This document shows, one piece after another, positions 34,575 through 45,011 of a stretch of DNA of 64,000 bases; positions within the stretch are counted from its first letter, which is position 1, and each line of letters begins with the position of its first letter. The stretch covers positions 38,587-102,586 of the forward strand of contig CAJOLX010000001.1 of NCBI GenBank assembly GCA_905235625.1, given 5' to 3'. Both the position numbers and the translations under genes were made by a program. Source of the stretch: an uncultured Clostridia bacterium. Its GTDB lineage: Bacteria; Bacillota; Clostridia; Oscillospirales; Acutalibacteraceae. The notes beneath the pieces were generated by a model that saw only the letters and a list, made by a program, of their open reading frames with translations, searched no databases and had not been told where the DNA came from.

Positions 34575-35186
34575 ATGGATTTTGAATTTCTCGATAACGA
34601 CAGGCTCAGAAAGCAGCTTCTTTTTCTCGTTGAAATTGATAAAATGAAAACCGTTTTGAGAAGAACGGTTATCACCGACGGCTCAAACAGGCGTGAAAAC
34701 GACGCCGAGCATTCCTGGCATTTTGCGATGTACGCCCTTATTCTGAGCGAATATTGCAAAGAGGATATTGACGTTAATAAGGTCATAAAAATCGCTCTCG
34801 TTCACGATTTGGTTGAGGTTTACGCAGGCGACACCTTCGCTTATGACGAAAAGGGCTATGAAACTAAAGCCAATCGTGAGAAGGAAGCCGCCGACAGGCT
34901 TTTCGGCATGCTCGAGGGCGAGCAGGGCGAAGAAATAAGAGCGCTGTGGGAAGAGTTTGAAGCAAAGCAAACTCCCGAGGCAAAGTTTGCAAACGTTTGC
35001 GACAGAGTGCAACCGCTCATTCACAATTACTTTACCGACGGGCACACCTGGAAGGAAGGAAACGTCGTTTCTTCACAGGTGCTCAAAAGGAACGAGATAG
35101 TTAAAGAAGAGTCGCCCGAGCTTTGGCAGCTCGTTTGCGGAATAGTCGATTCTTCCGTCAAAAGGGGTATTCTTAAAGAAGGCTGA
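34575..35186 (+). CDS. HD-domain phosphohydrolase (YfbR-like)
   Basis: 203 aa; ..ENDAEHSWH.., ..LVHDLVEVYAGD.. Confidence 0.75.
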   Translation: MDFEFLDNDRLRKQLLFLVEIDKMKTVLRRTVITDGSNRRENDAEHSWHFAMYALILSEYCKEDIDVNKVIKIALVHDLVEVYAGDTFAYDEKGYETKANREKEAADRLFGMLEGEQGEEIRALWEEFEAKQTPEAKFANVCDRVQPLIHNYFTDGHTWKEGNVVSSQVLKRNEIVKEESPELWQLVCGIVDSSVKRGILKEG

Positions 35187-35199
35187 TTTTATTTTATGG

Positions 35200-35225
35200 G
35201 GGATCGTGATTACGGTCCCTTTTTC
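35200..35225 (+). terminator. rho-independent terminator
   Basis: gggatcgt / acggtccc stem followed by ttttt. Confidence 0.55.
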
Positions 35226-35306
35226 CTTAAGAAAATTGTAATAATTTTGCGCCTTTTATCTTTGAAATGTTTTGATATAGTAGAATCGGTCAGAAGGAGG
35301 ATCTCT

Positions 35307-35999
35307 ATGTACAACGTTCTTATTTGCGACGACGACAAAGCGATACTTAACTCAATAGAGATTTATTTAAAGCACGAGGGCTACAACGTGCTCAAAGCCG
35401 AAAACGGTCGGCAGGCGGTTGAGATTGCGGACGGTAACGAAATCCACTGCTGCATTATGGATATAATGATGCCCGTTATGGACGGAATATCCGCAACGCT
35501 CAAAATTCGCGAAAAATACAGGTTCCCGATAATTTTTCTCTCAGCGAAAAGCGAGGATACCGAAAAGATAGCAGGGCTGTCATTCGGCGGGGACGATTAC
35601 GTTACGAAGCCCTTTAATCCGCTTGAATTGCTGGCAAGAGTTAAGTCGCAGATTCGCCGATACACCTCTCTGGGTTCGCTCGAGCACAAAGAAGGTGTTA
35701 TAACAACGGGCGGCCTTTCGCTCGACACCGTCGCCAAAACCGTAACCGTTGACGGCGAGAGCGTAAAGCTCACGGCAACGGAGCTCGGCATTTTGCAAAC
35801 GCTCATGGAAAACCTCGGCAGAGTGCTCTCCGCTTCTCAGATTTATGAGAAGGTTTGGCGCGAGCCTGCGATGTATTCCGACGAAAAAACCGTCACCGTG
35901 CATATAAGAAGAATAAGAGAAAAAATAGAGATAAATCCTAAAGAACCCAAATATTTACAGGTGGTGTGGGGCATTGGCTACAAAATCGATAAACTATAA
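35307..35999 (+). CDS. OmpR-family response regulator
   Basis: Start MYNVLICDDD (ATG 35307 after GAAGGAGG); receiver domain plus winged-helix ..VTVHIRRIREKIE..GIGYK. Confidence 0.9.
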   Translation: MYNVLICDDDKAILNSIEIYLKHEGYNVLKAENGRQAVEIADGNEIHCCIMDIMMPVMDGISATLKIREKYRFPIIFLSAKSEDTEKIAGLSFGGDDYVTKPFNPLELLARVKSQIRRYTSLGSLEHKEGVITTGGLSLDTVAKTVTVDGESVKLTATELGILQTLMENLGRVLSASQIYEKVWREPAMYSDEKTVTVHIRRIREKIEINPKEPKYLQVVWGIGYKIDKL

Positions 36000-38646
36000 G
36001 CTCATACGTTTTATTGCTTTCATTCTCGCTGCGCTGTCTCTCTTTACGGTGGGAATCAACGTTTGCGCGGCTGTAAAAAGCGAATATTATTATCGCAATT
36101 ATAAAAATCGGGCGCAGACAGATACTGAGCCTTTCAGAAGAAGCATGAATTTGCTCGAAATGTCGATACTCGATGCAGGCGAACAAGCGAGCTGTGAAAA
36201 CGAAGAAGACTATTTAAAAACTTCCTATGCCGTAAAGGGAGAAAAGAATAAAAACGAAACGGTAAATTCTCTGACCGAGGCGTTCGATTTTCTTGAAAAA
36301 TCCGGCGTTGAGGTTTACGTTACGCCCGAAAACTTTTTCAGATATTCTTACGTTGCCCAAAACGGCGTAACTTATTATTTCACCTATAACGGCGACCGGA
36401 TTGACGAAGACGAGTTTTACGACTACGAATTTGCAAATTATCCGGAAGAGGATTATGAAGAATATACGCGAGTCAGAGAAGACGTGACTAAAGCGGAAAC
36501 GGCAACTTTGCCTGCCGAAAACGGTCCGGAGCCTGCATCGGCTGAAATTGAAACCGATGCCGAGACAACGGCGGTTACCTCTGCGGCGGTTCCCTCCACG
36601 GAAGCTCCGTATTTCTATTCCGAAGGTTCCGACGTTTACGCCGTCTCGAAAGCACTTTGCGAGGTTTACAATGCGACCGGCGGCCTTAATTACGGTGAAG
36701 CTCCGTTAAGCGGGCTGATTGCCGCTGTCGAAAGAAATTACGTTGCCGATTATACTCCGTTTGAAAACAGCTATGAAATTGACAGAATAAGTGAGTTCGC
36801 GTCCGGTTTTCATTACGCCGTTTTCTATAACACTACCGGCAAGGTGTTTTCCGATTGCAAAGTTTTGCCCGGCGACAGTGATGAGCAAATTGCGAAAAAG
36901 CTCGGCGAAGGATATAAAGAGTCTGTCATAAATAATACTTTTTACGTAAACGGAGAGGAATATAAAGCAAAAAACGGCAGCAGCACACGCCCGGCGCTTT
37001 TAAATAAGTATGAGCAGGTTGAGAAGGCTTATTTCGTTTATGATTTAACCAAAACCGACGACGTTATGGCAGTGGGCAGATACGCATTTTCCGATTTTGC
37101 CGATATTATGAAGTTTGACTCGCCGAATACGATATTTACCCTTCTTATAATCTTCTCGGTTATTGCCGTTTTATCATGCGCCGTTCTCGTGATTTTCGCG
37201 GGCAAAGAGAAAAACGGCGAAGTGAAAATTCTGTTTTCCGATAAAACTCCTTTTGCAATCAACTTAGCTTTGAGCGTCGCTTTAATAATAGGATTCGGCG
37301 GCCTCGTTTACGGCATAAGCTATTACGAGCGGAATACCGCGGAGCTGTTTTTATACAATGATTTTCCTGTCTATTTAGCTTTATTTACGGCGCGCAATTC
37401 AAACGTGATTACCGCTCTTCTCTTTACTCTTTCGGCGCTCATTCTCACAGGACTTATCGCAAGCGTTGTGAGGAATATAAGAAATCACACCTTCTTTAAG
37501 CACACGCTTATTCATTTGGTTTTAACGCCGTTAAAATCAGTCTGCCGCAAAATAAAAGCGCTCTTTCACAAAATCTCCGAAAGCTCAAGGCAGGCATATA
37601 ACGACGATTATTTAAACGGCAAGGGCAAAAGGCTGATAATTACCGCGTCAATCGCTTTGGCTGCGGCTGAAATTCTTGCTCTTATCATGCTCGTTCTCTG
37701 CAACGGCTTCGGCATAATGATTTTGTTCGGCTTTATTATGGCTCTCTGCCTCGGCGCTTACCTTCTGTTCCTCGTGATTTCGTTTAACAAGCTCGCCCGG
37801 GGCATCAGCAAAATAAAGAGCGGCGACCTTAACGTAAACATAAACACAGACTTAATGCCGCCTTATATGAAGAGCGTTGCCGACGATATTTCGGGCGTTC
37901 GCGACGGCGTTCAGCAGGCTGTAAATCAGGCGCTCAGAGACCAGTCTATGAAATCGGAGCTTTTAACAAACGTTACTCACGACCTTAAAACTCCGCTCAC
38001 GTCCGTAATATCCTATGTGGATTTGCTTAAAAAAGAAGGGCTCGACAGCGAAAACGCGCCCGAATATCTTGCCGTTATAGACGAAAAATCGCAGAAGCTC
38101 AAAACGCTTATCGACGACCTCGTGCAGGCGTCAAAGGCTTCAAGCGGAGCGATTGAAGTGAATTATCAAACGCTTGACCTTTGCGAATTTGCCGCCCAGA
38201 TAGCGGGCGAATACAAAGAGGAATTTCAAAAATCGGGGCTCGATCTCGTGGCGAGCATACCGGAAGTGCCGGTTTACGTTTCGGCAGACCCCGCGCTTGT
38301 GAGCAGAGTTATTGAGAACCTTATCGGCAACATCAAAAAATACTCGCTCAAAAACACGAGAGCGTTCATGGTAGTTTCCGGCAACGAGCAATACGGCACG
38401 ATAGTGTTTAAAAACGTTTCGTCCGAGCCTCTTAACCTTGATTTAACCAAGCTCACGGAAAGATTTTATCGGGGCGACTCGGCAAGAGGCGGCGAGGGGA
38501 GCGGACTCGGGCTGTCTATTGCGAAAGACCTTTGCACCCTCCAGGGCGGCGCGTTCCGCATTGAGCTTGACGGCGATATGTTTAAAACTTACGTCAGCTT
38601 AAGAAGCGCTTCGGCTCAGCTCCCTGCCGAAAACAAGACGGAATAA
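35974..38646 (+). CDS. sensor histidine kinase with a large (~350 aa) extracytoplasmic domain and multi-TM region
   Basis: 890 aa; HisKA H-box THDLKTPLTSVISYVDLL; HATPase ..GSGLGLSIAKDL..; overlaps the regulator gene by 26 nt. Confidence 0.88.
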   Translation: MATKSINYKLIRFIAFILAALSLFTVGINVCAAVKSEYYYRNYKNRAQTDTEPFRRSMNLLEMSILDAGEQASCENEEDYLKTSYAVKGEKNKNETVNSLTEAFDFLEKSGVEVYVTPENFFRYSYVAQNGVTYYFTYNGDRIDEDEFYDYEFANYPEEDYEEYTRVREDVTKAETATLPAENGPEPASAEIETDAETTAVTSAAVPSTEAPYFYSEGSDVYAVSKALCEVYNATGGLNYGEAPLSGLIAAVERNYVADYTPFENSYEIDRISEFASGFHYAVFYNTTGKVFSDCKVLPGDSDEQIAKKLGEGYKESVINNTFYVNGEEYKAKNGSSTRPALLNKYEQVEKAYFVYDLTKTDDVMAVGRYAFSDFADIMKFDSPNTIFTLLIIFSVIAVLSCAVLVIFAGKEKNGEVKILFSDKTPFAINLALSVALIIGFGGLVYGISYYERNTAELFLYNDFPVYLALFTARNSNVITALLFTLSALILTGLIASVVRNIRNHTFFKHTLIHLVLTPLKSVCRKIKALFHKISESSRQAYNDDYLNGKGKRLIITASIALAAAEILALIMLVLCNGFGIMILFGFIMALCLGAYLLFLVISFNKLARGISKIKSGDLNVNINTDLMPPYMKSVADDISGVRDGVQQAVNQALRDQSMKSELLTNVTHDLKTPLTSVISYVDLLKKEGLDSENAPEYLAVIDEKSQKLKTLIDDLVQASKASSGAIEVNYQTLDLCEFAAQIAGEYKEEFQKSGLDLVASIPEVPVYVSADPALVSRVIENLIGNIKKYSLKNTRAFMVVSGNEQYGTIVFKNVSSEPLNLDLTKLTERFYRGDSARGGEGSGLGLSIAKDLCTLQGGAFRIELDGDMFKTYVSLRSASAQLPAENKTE

Positions 38647-38653
38647 ATCGGCA

Positions 38654-38688
38654 AAATACCGCATGCCCGTTAGGCTTGCGGTATTTTT
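38654..38688 (+). terminator. rho-independent terminator
   Basis: aaataccgca / tgcggtattt stem plus T-run. Confidence 0.7.
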
Positions 38689-38881
38689 CGGCTCAAAGCA
38701 GTAAAATTACCAATTTTTACGCTGATTTTGTAACTATTTTGTAATGATTTTATCATTGCAAAAAAGAAACTTTTGTTGTAAAGTTATTAAAAGAAGAAAT
38801 GGCGGCGGCCTTTTGGCTTTTCAGGCTGCGTTAACGCTGATTTTTCGATAGTTTCCCGGCACTTGTGCCTTTAAATAGAGG

Positions 38882-39934
38882 ATGGTTAAATTGAAATTGA
38901 ATAGATCCCGCGTCAGGGCAACGATAGTGCTGATAATAGTGATTATCGGTGCAGTTTTCTTATCTTCGTGCCTTATGGATAAAAATGACGCTTCTGCGCT
39001 TTCCGCCGATAAATCTTCCGTGAAGACTTCCCTTTCCGTTTCCGAAAGCTCGTCTTCTTCCGCAAGTGAAACCTCATCGGCAGAAACTTCGGGTTCAACG
39101 GCGCTTTCCACCACCGCTTCGCCCGATACCGAGCTTGCAACCGTTTCCACCACGCGCAGAGCGACAACCACCGCCGGCACCACCAAAGCGCGCCAATCGT
39201 CGTCTTCATCGAAATCCGAATCTTCTGCTCAGGAAAGCAGCGAGAACACCACCGATAAAATCGGCAGCTTCCTCTCTCGCATAAATTCCGATGAGCAAAA
39301 GCCTGTCGCAATTCCGTTTGAAGTTACTTTTTCGGGCGAGAGGACTACCGCTTCCACAACTGAAAAAACTACCAAAGCAAACGAGCTTGATTTTTCAAAC
39401 AGCGCCTTTCTCGGCAACTCCAGAGTGCTTTCCGTTCAGAATTACGGCTTTGCGAAAAACGTTTACGGCAAAGTAGGCCTTAACGTTAAAACCGTATTCA
39501 CCGAAAAGTGTGAGGGCGGCTCCGTTGCCGTGATAGACGAGCTCAAGGGCAAGAGCTTTGATAACGTGTTCATTATGTTCGGCGACAATGAGTGCGGCTG
39601 GAGCAACATGAACGTCTTTGAAAAAGACTATGTCAAGGTTATAAACGCTGTGAGAGAAAGAGTGCCCAAAGCGAATATTTACGTTATTTCCGTGCTCCCG
39701 ATTTCAGAGAAAAAAAGCGCAGAAAACGAATACGGCTATAACATTAACTCCATTAAAGCCGTTAATGAGCATATCAAAAAGATAGCCGAAAGCGAAGGAA
39801 TAACTTATATCGACGCTGCCTCTTCAATCAAAAACAGCAAGGGCTATCTGCCTGACGAAGCGTCAACGGACGGCTGCCATCTCGGCAAAGAATACACCAG
39901 GAAATGGCTCACCTACGTTGCAAAGTATCTTTGA
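38882..39934 (+). CDS. SGNH/GDSL-like hydrolase lipoprotein with Ser/Thr-rich linker
   Basis: Signal peptide/lipobox ..AVFLSSC; S/T-rich low-complexity region; blocks FLGNS, FIMFGDNE and DGCHL are consistent with the SGNH fold; start uncertain (ATG 38882 or TTG 38891). Confidence 0.6.
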   Translation: MVKLKLNRSRVRATIVLIIVIIGAVFLSSCLMDKNDASALSADKSSVKTSLSVSESSSSSASETSSAETSGSTALSTTASPDTELATVSTTRRATTTAGTTKARQSSSSSKSESSAQESSENTTDKIGSFLSRINSDEQKPVAIPFEVTFSGERTTASTTEKTTKANELDFSNSAFLGNSRVLSVQNYGFAKNVYGKVGLNVKTVFTEKCEGGSVAVIDELKGKSFDNVFIMFGDNECGWSNMNVFEKDYVKVINAVRERVPKANIYVISVLPISEKKSAENEYGYNINSIKAVNEHIKKIAESEGITYIDAASSIKNSKGYLPDEASTDGCHLGKEYTRKWLTYVAKYL

Positions 39935-39952
39935 TTTTAACGGTGATTATAT

Positions 39953-40462
39953 ATGAAAAAAATATTCAGCCTGCTTTTAATCGCGGCTTTGACTTTTACA
40001 CTTTGCTCCTGCGGGGGTAAAGAAGAAACGCCGTCCTCGTCCGCCGATACATCGGCCTCCGCCGAGGCCGTTTCACTCTCCGCCGAAGAGAGCGCGGAGC
40101 AGCTGCTCTCTCAGGTTGAGGCTAACGCAGACCTTGAAAAATCGGAGTTTCCTCTCATCACTCTTGAGAAATATGACGTTGACACTTCGGGCGTCAGCGA
40201 CATCTGCTGGTATGTCGGCTCGGGCGCTTCCGCCGACGAGCTTGCCGTTATAGTCTGCGCCGACAGCGAAACCCTTGCGAGCGTTAAAGCGGCGATAAAC
40301 TCGAGAATTGAATATCTCAGAGACGGATATTCCGATTACGGCCCCGACCAGGTGCCGAAGATTGACTCGGCTCTTGTAGCGGAATACGGCAACACGGTTG
40401 TTTACTGTATCTGTGAAGATTCCGCTGCCGCAAAAGCTGCTGCCGACTCTATTTTTGCATAA
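39953..40462 (+). CDS. small lipoprotein, DUF4358-like
   Basis: 169 aa; signal peptide with LCSC lipobox; ..ELAVIVCADSETLASVKAAINSRIEYL.. resembles DUF4358 lipoproteins of Clostridia. Confidence 0.5.
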   Translation: MKKIFSLLLIAALTFTLCSCGGKEETPSSSADTSASAEAVSLSAEESAEQLLSQVEANADLEKSEFPLITLEKYDVDTSGVSDICWYVGSGASADELAVIVCADSETLASVKAAINSRIEYLRDGYSDYGPDQVPKIDSALVAEYGNTVVYCICEDSAAAKAAADSIFA

Positions 40463-40479
40463 GTTTAGTTATAAAAGAT

Positions 40480-40511
40480 CCCGACTGATTTTTCGTCAGT
40501 CGGGTTTTTTT
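40480..40511. terminator. bidirectional terminator
   Basis: cccgactga / tcagtcggg stem followed by T7. Confidence 0.7.
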
Positions 40512-40531
40512 GTCTGTTTTAAATTCTCTTC

Positions 40532-41935
40532 TTAAAAGTCAAAATACTTTTCTCTGTGCTTCTGCACTCTGTCGCCAATGAGCGAAAGAACTTTAAGCGC
40601 TTCTTCTTTTTCTTCAGGCGTGCCGGTCGCGACCTGCTTCATAAGCCTGCCTTCTTCCTTGCAAAGCTCGTCGTGAAGCGGGAAGTATTCCTTGAGCAGG
40701 AAGGTCGAATATTTCGCGAGCCTCAAGTGACCCACAAGGCGGAAGTTTTCATCAATGGTGTCGATGGCTACGGAATAGCGCTCTTTTATTGCTTCTATAA
40801 GCGCTTTTCTTTCGTTCTCTGCGGAGAAAACGAGAGTGGAGCAGATGAAAGCGTTTCTGTTTGACGGATTTGACGAGTGGCTGTCAGTGCTGCCTACAAC
40901 GGGGTAATCGTAGCCGAGCGCCCTGTCTTCATAGTATTTGAGAGCCTGGAAACCGTTTTGCTCATAGTAGTTTTCGCCGCCGAGCACCTCAAAAGCGTCA
41001 AAGTATTTGTTTTCAACAACGTAGTTCCAAAAAGCGAACGGAACGTGATAAACGTCGCTTATCCACGTCGGGTGAGGGAATATCGCAAGGCCGCCGGATT
41101 TGCGAATTTCGCCGTAGAGCCATTTGAAAACGGCTGCGGGAATTCTGTCCACTCCGTCGGGCGCGTTCTCTTTTTCGGCAAGCTCAAGCATCTTGTTTTG
41201 CCACTCTTCAAGCGGCATATAATCGGGGCATTCGCCGTTTAAGCTGCGGTATTTTTTGTCCGTTCCTTTTTCGTTCACGGCTGGGCCGTCCGTCAGAGCG
41301 TTTATGGAGTATTCACCGCCGAAATTAACGGTGTGAAAATCGCATTCAACGCCCTTTACGTCGGGCATATGCACCTCTTCGCCCGGCACTATCGTAAGCC
41401 CGCAGGGAACGTCTTTGTAAAAATCAATCGCTTCGAGCGAGGGGTAATATCTGTTGTGGTCGGAAACGACCATAAAGTCAAGGCCGTGCTTTCTGTAATT
41501 TGCGCAAACCACCTCGGGAGTCTGGCTGCCGTCGGAGCGGATGGTGTGCATGTGAAGGTCGCCCCTCAAAGGGTATCTTCCGGCAAGGTCTTCGTCAACG
41601 CAGTAAACGGGAAAGTCGATTTTCTTTTTGCCGTTGTCGTCAAGAAAACGGATGAAATACATCTGCTCTTTTGTGAAGGTGTGTTCAACGGTGAAGCCGC
41701 CCTCGTCGTCGCAGGTGAGCTTTATCTCTTTAAAATCGCCGGAAGCGGGGTAATCATAAGGTTTTCCGCCTTCAAGAGCGCAGATGAGCGCGTCATAAGT
41801 TTTTCCGCTTTCAAAAATCGGCCTTGCGCCGAGCGACCTTATGCGAATGCGGGCGGGCTTGTTTTTTACGAGCACTTTCGGAAAAATGTCGTAGTTTAAA
41901 AGTCTGTCATCGGTTTTAAATTCTGTAAACGGCAT
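40532..41935 (-). CDS. PHP-domain (polymerase/histidinol-phosphatase-type) metal-dependent phosphoesterase
   Basis: Start MPFTEFKTDD (ATG 41935 after GGGAGGAAA); ..GDLHMHTIRSDGS.., ..VVSDHN.. Confidence 0.7.
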   Translation of the reverse strand: MPFTEFKTDDRLLNYDIFPKVLVKNKPARIRIRSLGARPIFESGKTYDALICALEGGKPYDYPASGDFKEIKLTCDDEGGFTVEHTFTKEQMYFIRFLDDNGKKKIDFPVYCVDEDLAGRYPLRGDLHMHTIRSDGSQTPEVVCANYRKHGLDFMVVSDHNRYYPSLEAIDFYKDVPCGLTIVPGEEVHMPDVKGVECDFHTVNFGGEYSINALTDGPAVNEKGTDKKYRSLNGECPDYMPLEEWQNKMLELAEKENAPDGVDRIPAAVFKWLYGEIRKSGGLAIFPHPTWISDVYHVPFAFWNYVVENKYFDAFEVLGGENYYEQNGFQALKYYEDRALGYDYPVVGSTDSHSSNPSNRNAFICSTLVFSAENERKALIEAIKERYSVAIDTIDENFRLVGHLRLAKYSTFLLKEYFPLHDELCKEEGRLMKQVATGTPEEKEEALKVLSLIGDRVQKHREKYFDF

Positions 41936-42125
41936 TGTTGTTTCCTCCCTGTCGGAGCGCTTTACACAAACGACTCCGTGATTTAGTTCTATTATATAGC
42001 CGCCGATTGTTCGGGTCAAGTGCGGCGGCGATAAAATCGGGCTTATTTTAAAAAAATGTGTATTGAAGATATCGCGGGCGCTGTGTTATAATAAACAAGA
42101 TATATTGCCGAAAGGATGTTTTCTG

Positions 42126-43082
42126 ATGGAAAGATACGCCGTTAAGCTTTCTCCCTACGTTTCCGAAACGATTTGGGGCGGCAGAAGGCTCATTGAAGAA
42201 TATAACGTAGTCACCGAAAAATCAAACGCCGCCGAGGGCTGGATGCTGTCGTGCCTTGAAAACGGGCCGAGCGTTGCCGCAAACGGAGCTTATGAGGGCG
42301 AAACCTTGAGGGATATACTTAAAAAAGAGCCCGATTGGAGCGGCAAAAACTGCTCGAGGTTCGGCGATTTCCCCATTCTCATTAAGTTTATCGACGCCAT
42401 GGACGACCTTTCCGTTCAGGTGCATCCTACTGACGAATATTGCAAAAAGACCGGCAGAGGCAGAAGCAAAACCGAGTGCTGGTATATAATCGACTGCGCC
42501 GAGGGCGCCTCTCTGCTTTTGGGATTTAAAGACGAGATAACTCCCGATGAGTTTAAAGCCGCCATTGAAAACGGCACTCTCACCGATAAAGTCAAAAGAG
42601 TCAGCGTAAAGCCCGGCGATTTCTTCTTTATCGAGGCGGGCACTCTGCACGCTATCTGCAAAGGGGTGCTTTTAGCCGAGGTGCAGGAAAGCAGCGACAC
42701 AACTTACAGGATTTTTGATTACAACAGAAAGGGCAAAGACGGAAAGCCCAGAGAGCTTCACGTTGCCGACGCGCTCGAAGTGACAAAACTCACAGAATAT
42801 TCTCAGCCCGATTTTTCGCCCTTCAAAAACGAAGACGATAAAAAAGAGCTTCTTGCCGCTTGCCCTCTGTTTAAGGTTTGGCATCTCAAAACGCAGGGCG
42901 AATTTAACGACACGGCTTCCGGTGACAGCTTCGTTTCTCTGCTCGTTATGAGCGGAAACGGCGCGCTTAACGCGTGCGGCTCGGAAACAGAGCTTAAAAA
43001 GGGCGACAGCGTGTTTATTCCCGCCGGCAGCGGAAGCTACACGATAAGCGGAGAGCTTGATATAATTGAAACGAGAATTTGA
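42126..43082 (+). CDS. manA: class I mannose-6-phosphate isomerase
   Basis: Start MERYAVKL..ETIWGGRRL; ..LSVQVHPTDEY.., ..ECWYII.., ..AGTLHAI.. Confidence 0.85.
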   Translation: MERYAVKLSPYVSETIWGGRRLIEEYNVVTEKSNAAEGWMLSCLENGPSVAANGAYEGETLRDILKKEPDWSGKNCSRFGDFPILIKFIDAMDDLSVQVHPTDEYCKKTGRGRSKTECWYIIDCAEGASLLLGFKDEITPDEFKAAIENGTLTDKVKRVSVKPGDFFFIEAGTLHAICKGVLLAEVQESSDTTYRIFDYNRKGKDGKPRELHVADALEVTKLTEYSQPDFSPFKNEDDKKELLAACPLFKVWHLKTQGEFNDTASGDSFVSLLVMSGNGALNACGSETELKKGDSVFIPAGSGSYTISGELDIIETRI

Positions 43083-43085
43083 TAA

Positions 43086-45011
43086 ATGATAATTGCGGGC
43101 ATTCAAAAACTTTCTGCCGAGTTTTCGGGCAAAACCCTGTTTAAAGACGTTACGTTTGACGTTAACGAAGGCGACAAGGTTGCGCTTATAGGAGCTAACG
43201 GCACGGGCAAAACAACTTTATTCAAAATGATTACCGGAGAGCTGCAGCCGGCTTCGGGCGGCGTGTTTATCTCCGGCAATACTAGGTTGGGCTACCTTGA
43301 GCAGCACGCCTGCAGCGGCTCGGTAAGAACGGTTTATGACGAAGCGCTCACCGTTTTCAAAAATCTAATCGACACGGAAGCAGAGCTTGAAAATATTGCT
43401 TCTCTGCTTGAAGAAAAGCCCGATAATTCAGCGGAGCTCATTGACAGGCAGGCTTATCTTAACGAATTTTTCACCGATAACGGTGGGCTTACCTACCGCA
43501 GCAGAGCCCGCTCCGCTCTTTTGGGGCTCGGCTTTTCCGATGAGGATTTGTCGCTCGGCTGCAATCTTTTAAGCGGAGGTCAGCGCTCAAAGCTCAGCAT
43601 GTGCAAGCTGCTTCTGAGCAACGCCGACCTTATTTTGCTCGACGAGCCCACAAACCACCTTGACATTTCCGCCTGCGAGTGGCTCGAAAATTATCTGCTT
43701 TCTTACAAGGGCAGCGCGATAATCATTTCGCACGACAGATACTTTATTGACAAAATCTGCAATAAAACTGCGGAGCTCGCGAACGGCAGGGGATATTTTG
43801 CCGCCGGCAATTATTCGGCTTATAAGAAGCTCAGAAAAGAAAGGCTTGAGAGCGAAAGAAAACGTTACGAAAATCAGCTTGAAGAAATCAAAAGAATTGA
43901 AGGCATAATAGAGCAGCAGCGTTCTTTCGCGAGAGAAAGGAATTTCATAACCGCCGAGAGCAAGCGAAAAATGCTCGAAAAAAAGAAAGCCGAGCTCGTT
44001 AAACCCGATTCGGACCCCGACGAAATCAGAATTAAGTTCACCCCCGAGTGCGAGAGCGGCAACGACGTTTTGTTTGCGAGAGGGCTCAAAAAAAGCTTCG
44101 GAGATAAAACGCTGTTTTCGGGCGCGGATTTTGAAGTTTTCAAGGGCGAAAGAGCGTTTATAATCGGCGCGAACGGCTGCGGCAAAACGACTCTTCTTAA
44201 AATTCTCAAAGGCTATTTGAAAGCCGACGAAGGCGTTTATAAATTCGGCGCCAACGTAAAGATAGGTTATTTCGACCAGAATCTTGAAAGCCTTAAAGGA
44301 TCAAAGACCGTGCTTGACGAAATATGGGACGAGCACCGCCTTATGAAAGAAACCGAGGTGCGAAACTGCCTCGCTTCATTCCTCTTTAAAGGCGACGACG
44401 TTTTCAAAAACGTTGATTCTTTAAGCGGCGGCGAAAAGGCAAAGCTGTGCCTTTTAAAGCTCATGCTCTCGGGCGCAAACGTTTTGCTTCTCGACGAGCC
44501 TACAAACCACCTTGACATCGTTTCAAGAGAAGCGCTCGAAAACGCCTTGTGCGAGTTTGAAGGCACGATAATCGCCGTTTCTCACGACAGATACCTTATC
44601 AACAGGTTATCCACTTCAATTTATACCTTGAGCGAAAACGGAATGGAACGTTTTGAGGGAACGTATGACGACTATTGCGAAAAAGCTCTCGAAAAGCGGG
44701 AGAAGGTTAAAGAAGCAAAGCCCGTAAAGGTTAATTCCTATAAACTGCGCAAAGAGCGTGAGAGCGAAATAAACAGGCTCAAGGGCAAAATCAAACGTGA
44801 GCAGGAAAGTATTGACCGCCTTGACCGCGAGCTTAACGAACTGAACGAAAGCCTGAAAAATCCCGACGTTTCTTCCGATTACGAAAAGATAATCGCGATC
44901 ACCGAAGAGATAGACGGCAAAAACCGCGAACAAACTGAACTTATGGAGAGCTGGGAGTCCGATTTAACGAGGCTTTCCGTTTTGGAGGATGAATTTAATG
45001 AATCAGTCTGA
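43086..45011 (+). CDS. ABC-F family ATPase (two ABC domains, no TM domain)
   Basis: 641 aa; two Walker A motifs (GANGTGKTT, GANGCGKTT), two LSGG signatures and a C-terminal coiled coil. Confidence 0.88.
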   Translation: MIIAGIQKLSAEFSGKTLFKDVTFDVNEGDKVALIGANGTGKTTLFKMITGELQPASGGVFISGNTRLGYLEQHACSGSVRTVYDEALTVFKNLIDTEAELENIASLLEEKPDNSAELIDRQAYLNEFFTDNGGLTYRSRARSALLGLGFSDEDLSLGCNLLSGGQRSKLSMCKLLLSNADLILLDEPTNHLDISACEWLENYLLSYKGSAIIISHDRYFIDKICNKTAELANGRGYFAAGNYSAYKKLRKERLESERKRYENQLEEIKRIEGIIEQQRSFARERNFITAESKRKMLEKKKAELVKPDSDPDEIRIKFTPECESGNDVLFARGLKKSFGDKTLFSGADFEVFKGERAFIIGANGCGKTTLLKILKGYLKADEGVYKFGANVKIGYFDQNLESLKGSKTVLDEIWDEHRLMKETEVRNCLASFLFKGDDVFKNVDSLSGGEKAKLCLLKLMLSGANVLLLDEPTNHLDIVSREALENALCEFEGTIIAVSHDRYLINRLSTSIYTLSENGMERFEGTYDDYCEKALEKREKVKEAKPVKVNSYKLRKERESEINRLKGKIKREQESIDRLDRELNELNESLKNPDVSSDYEKIIAITEEIDGKNREQTELMESWESDLTRLSVLEDEFNESV

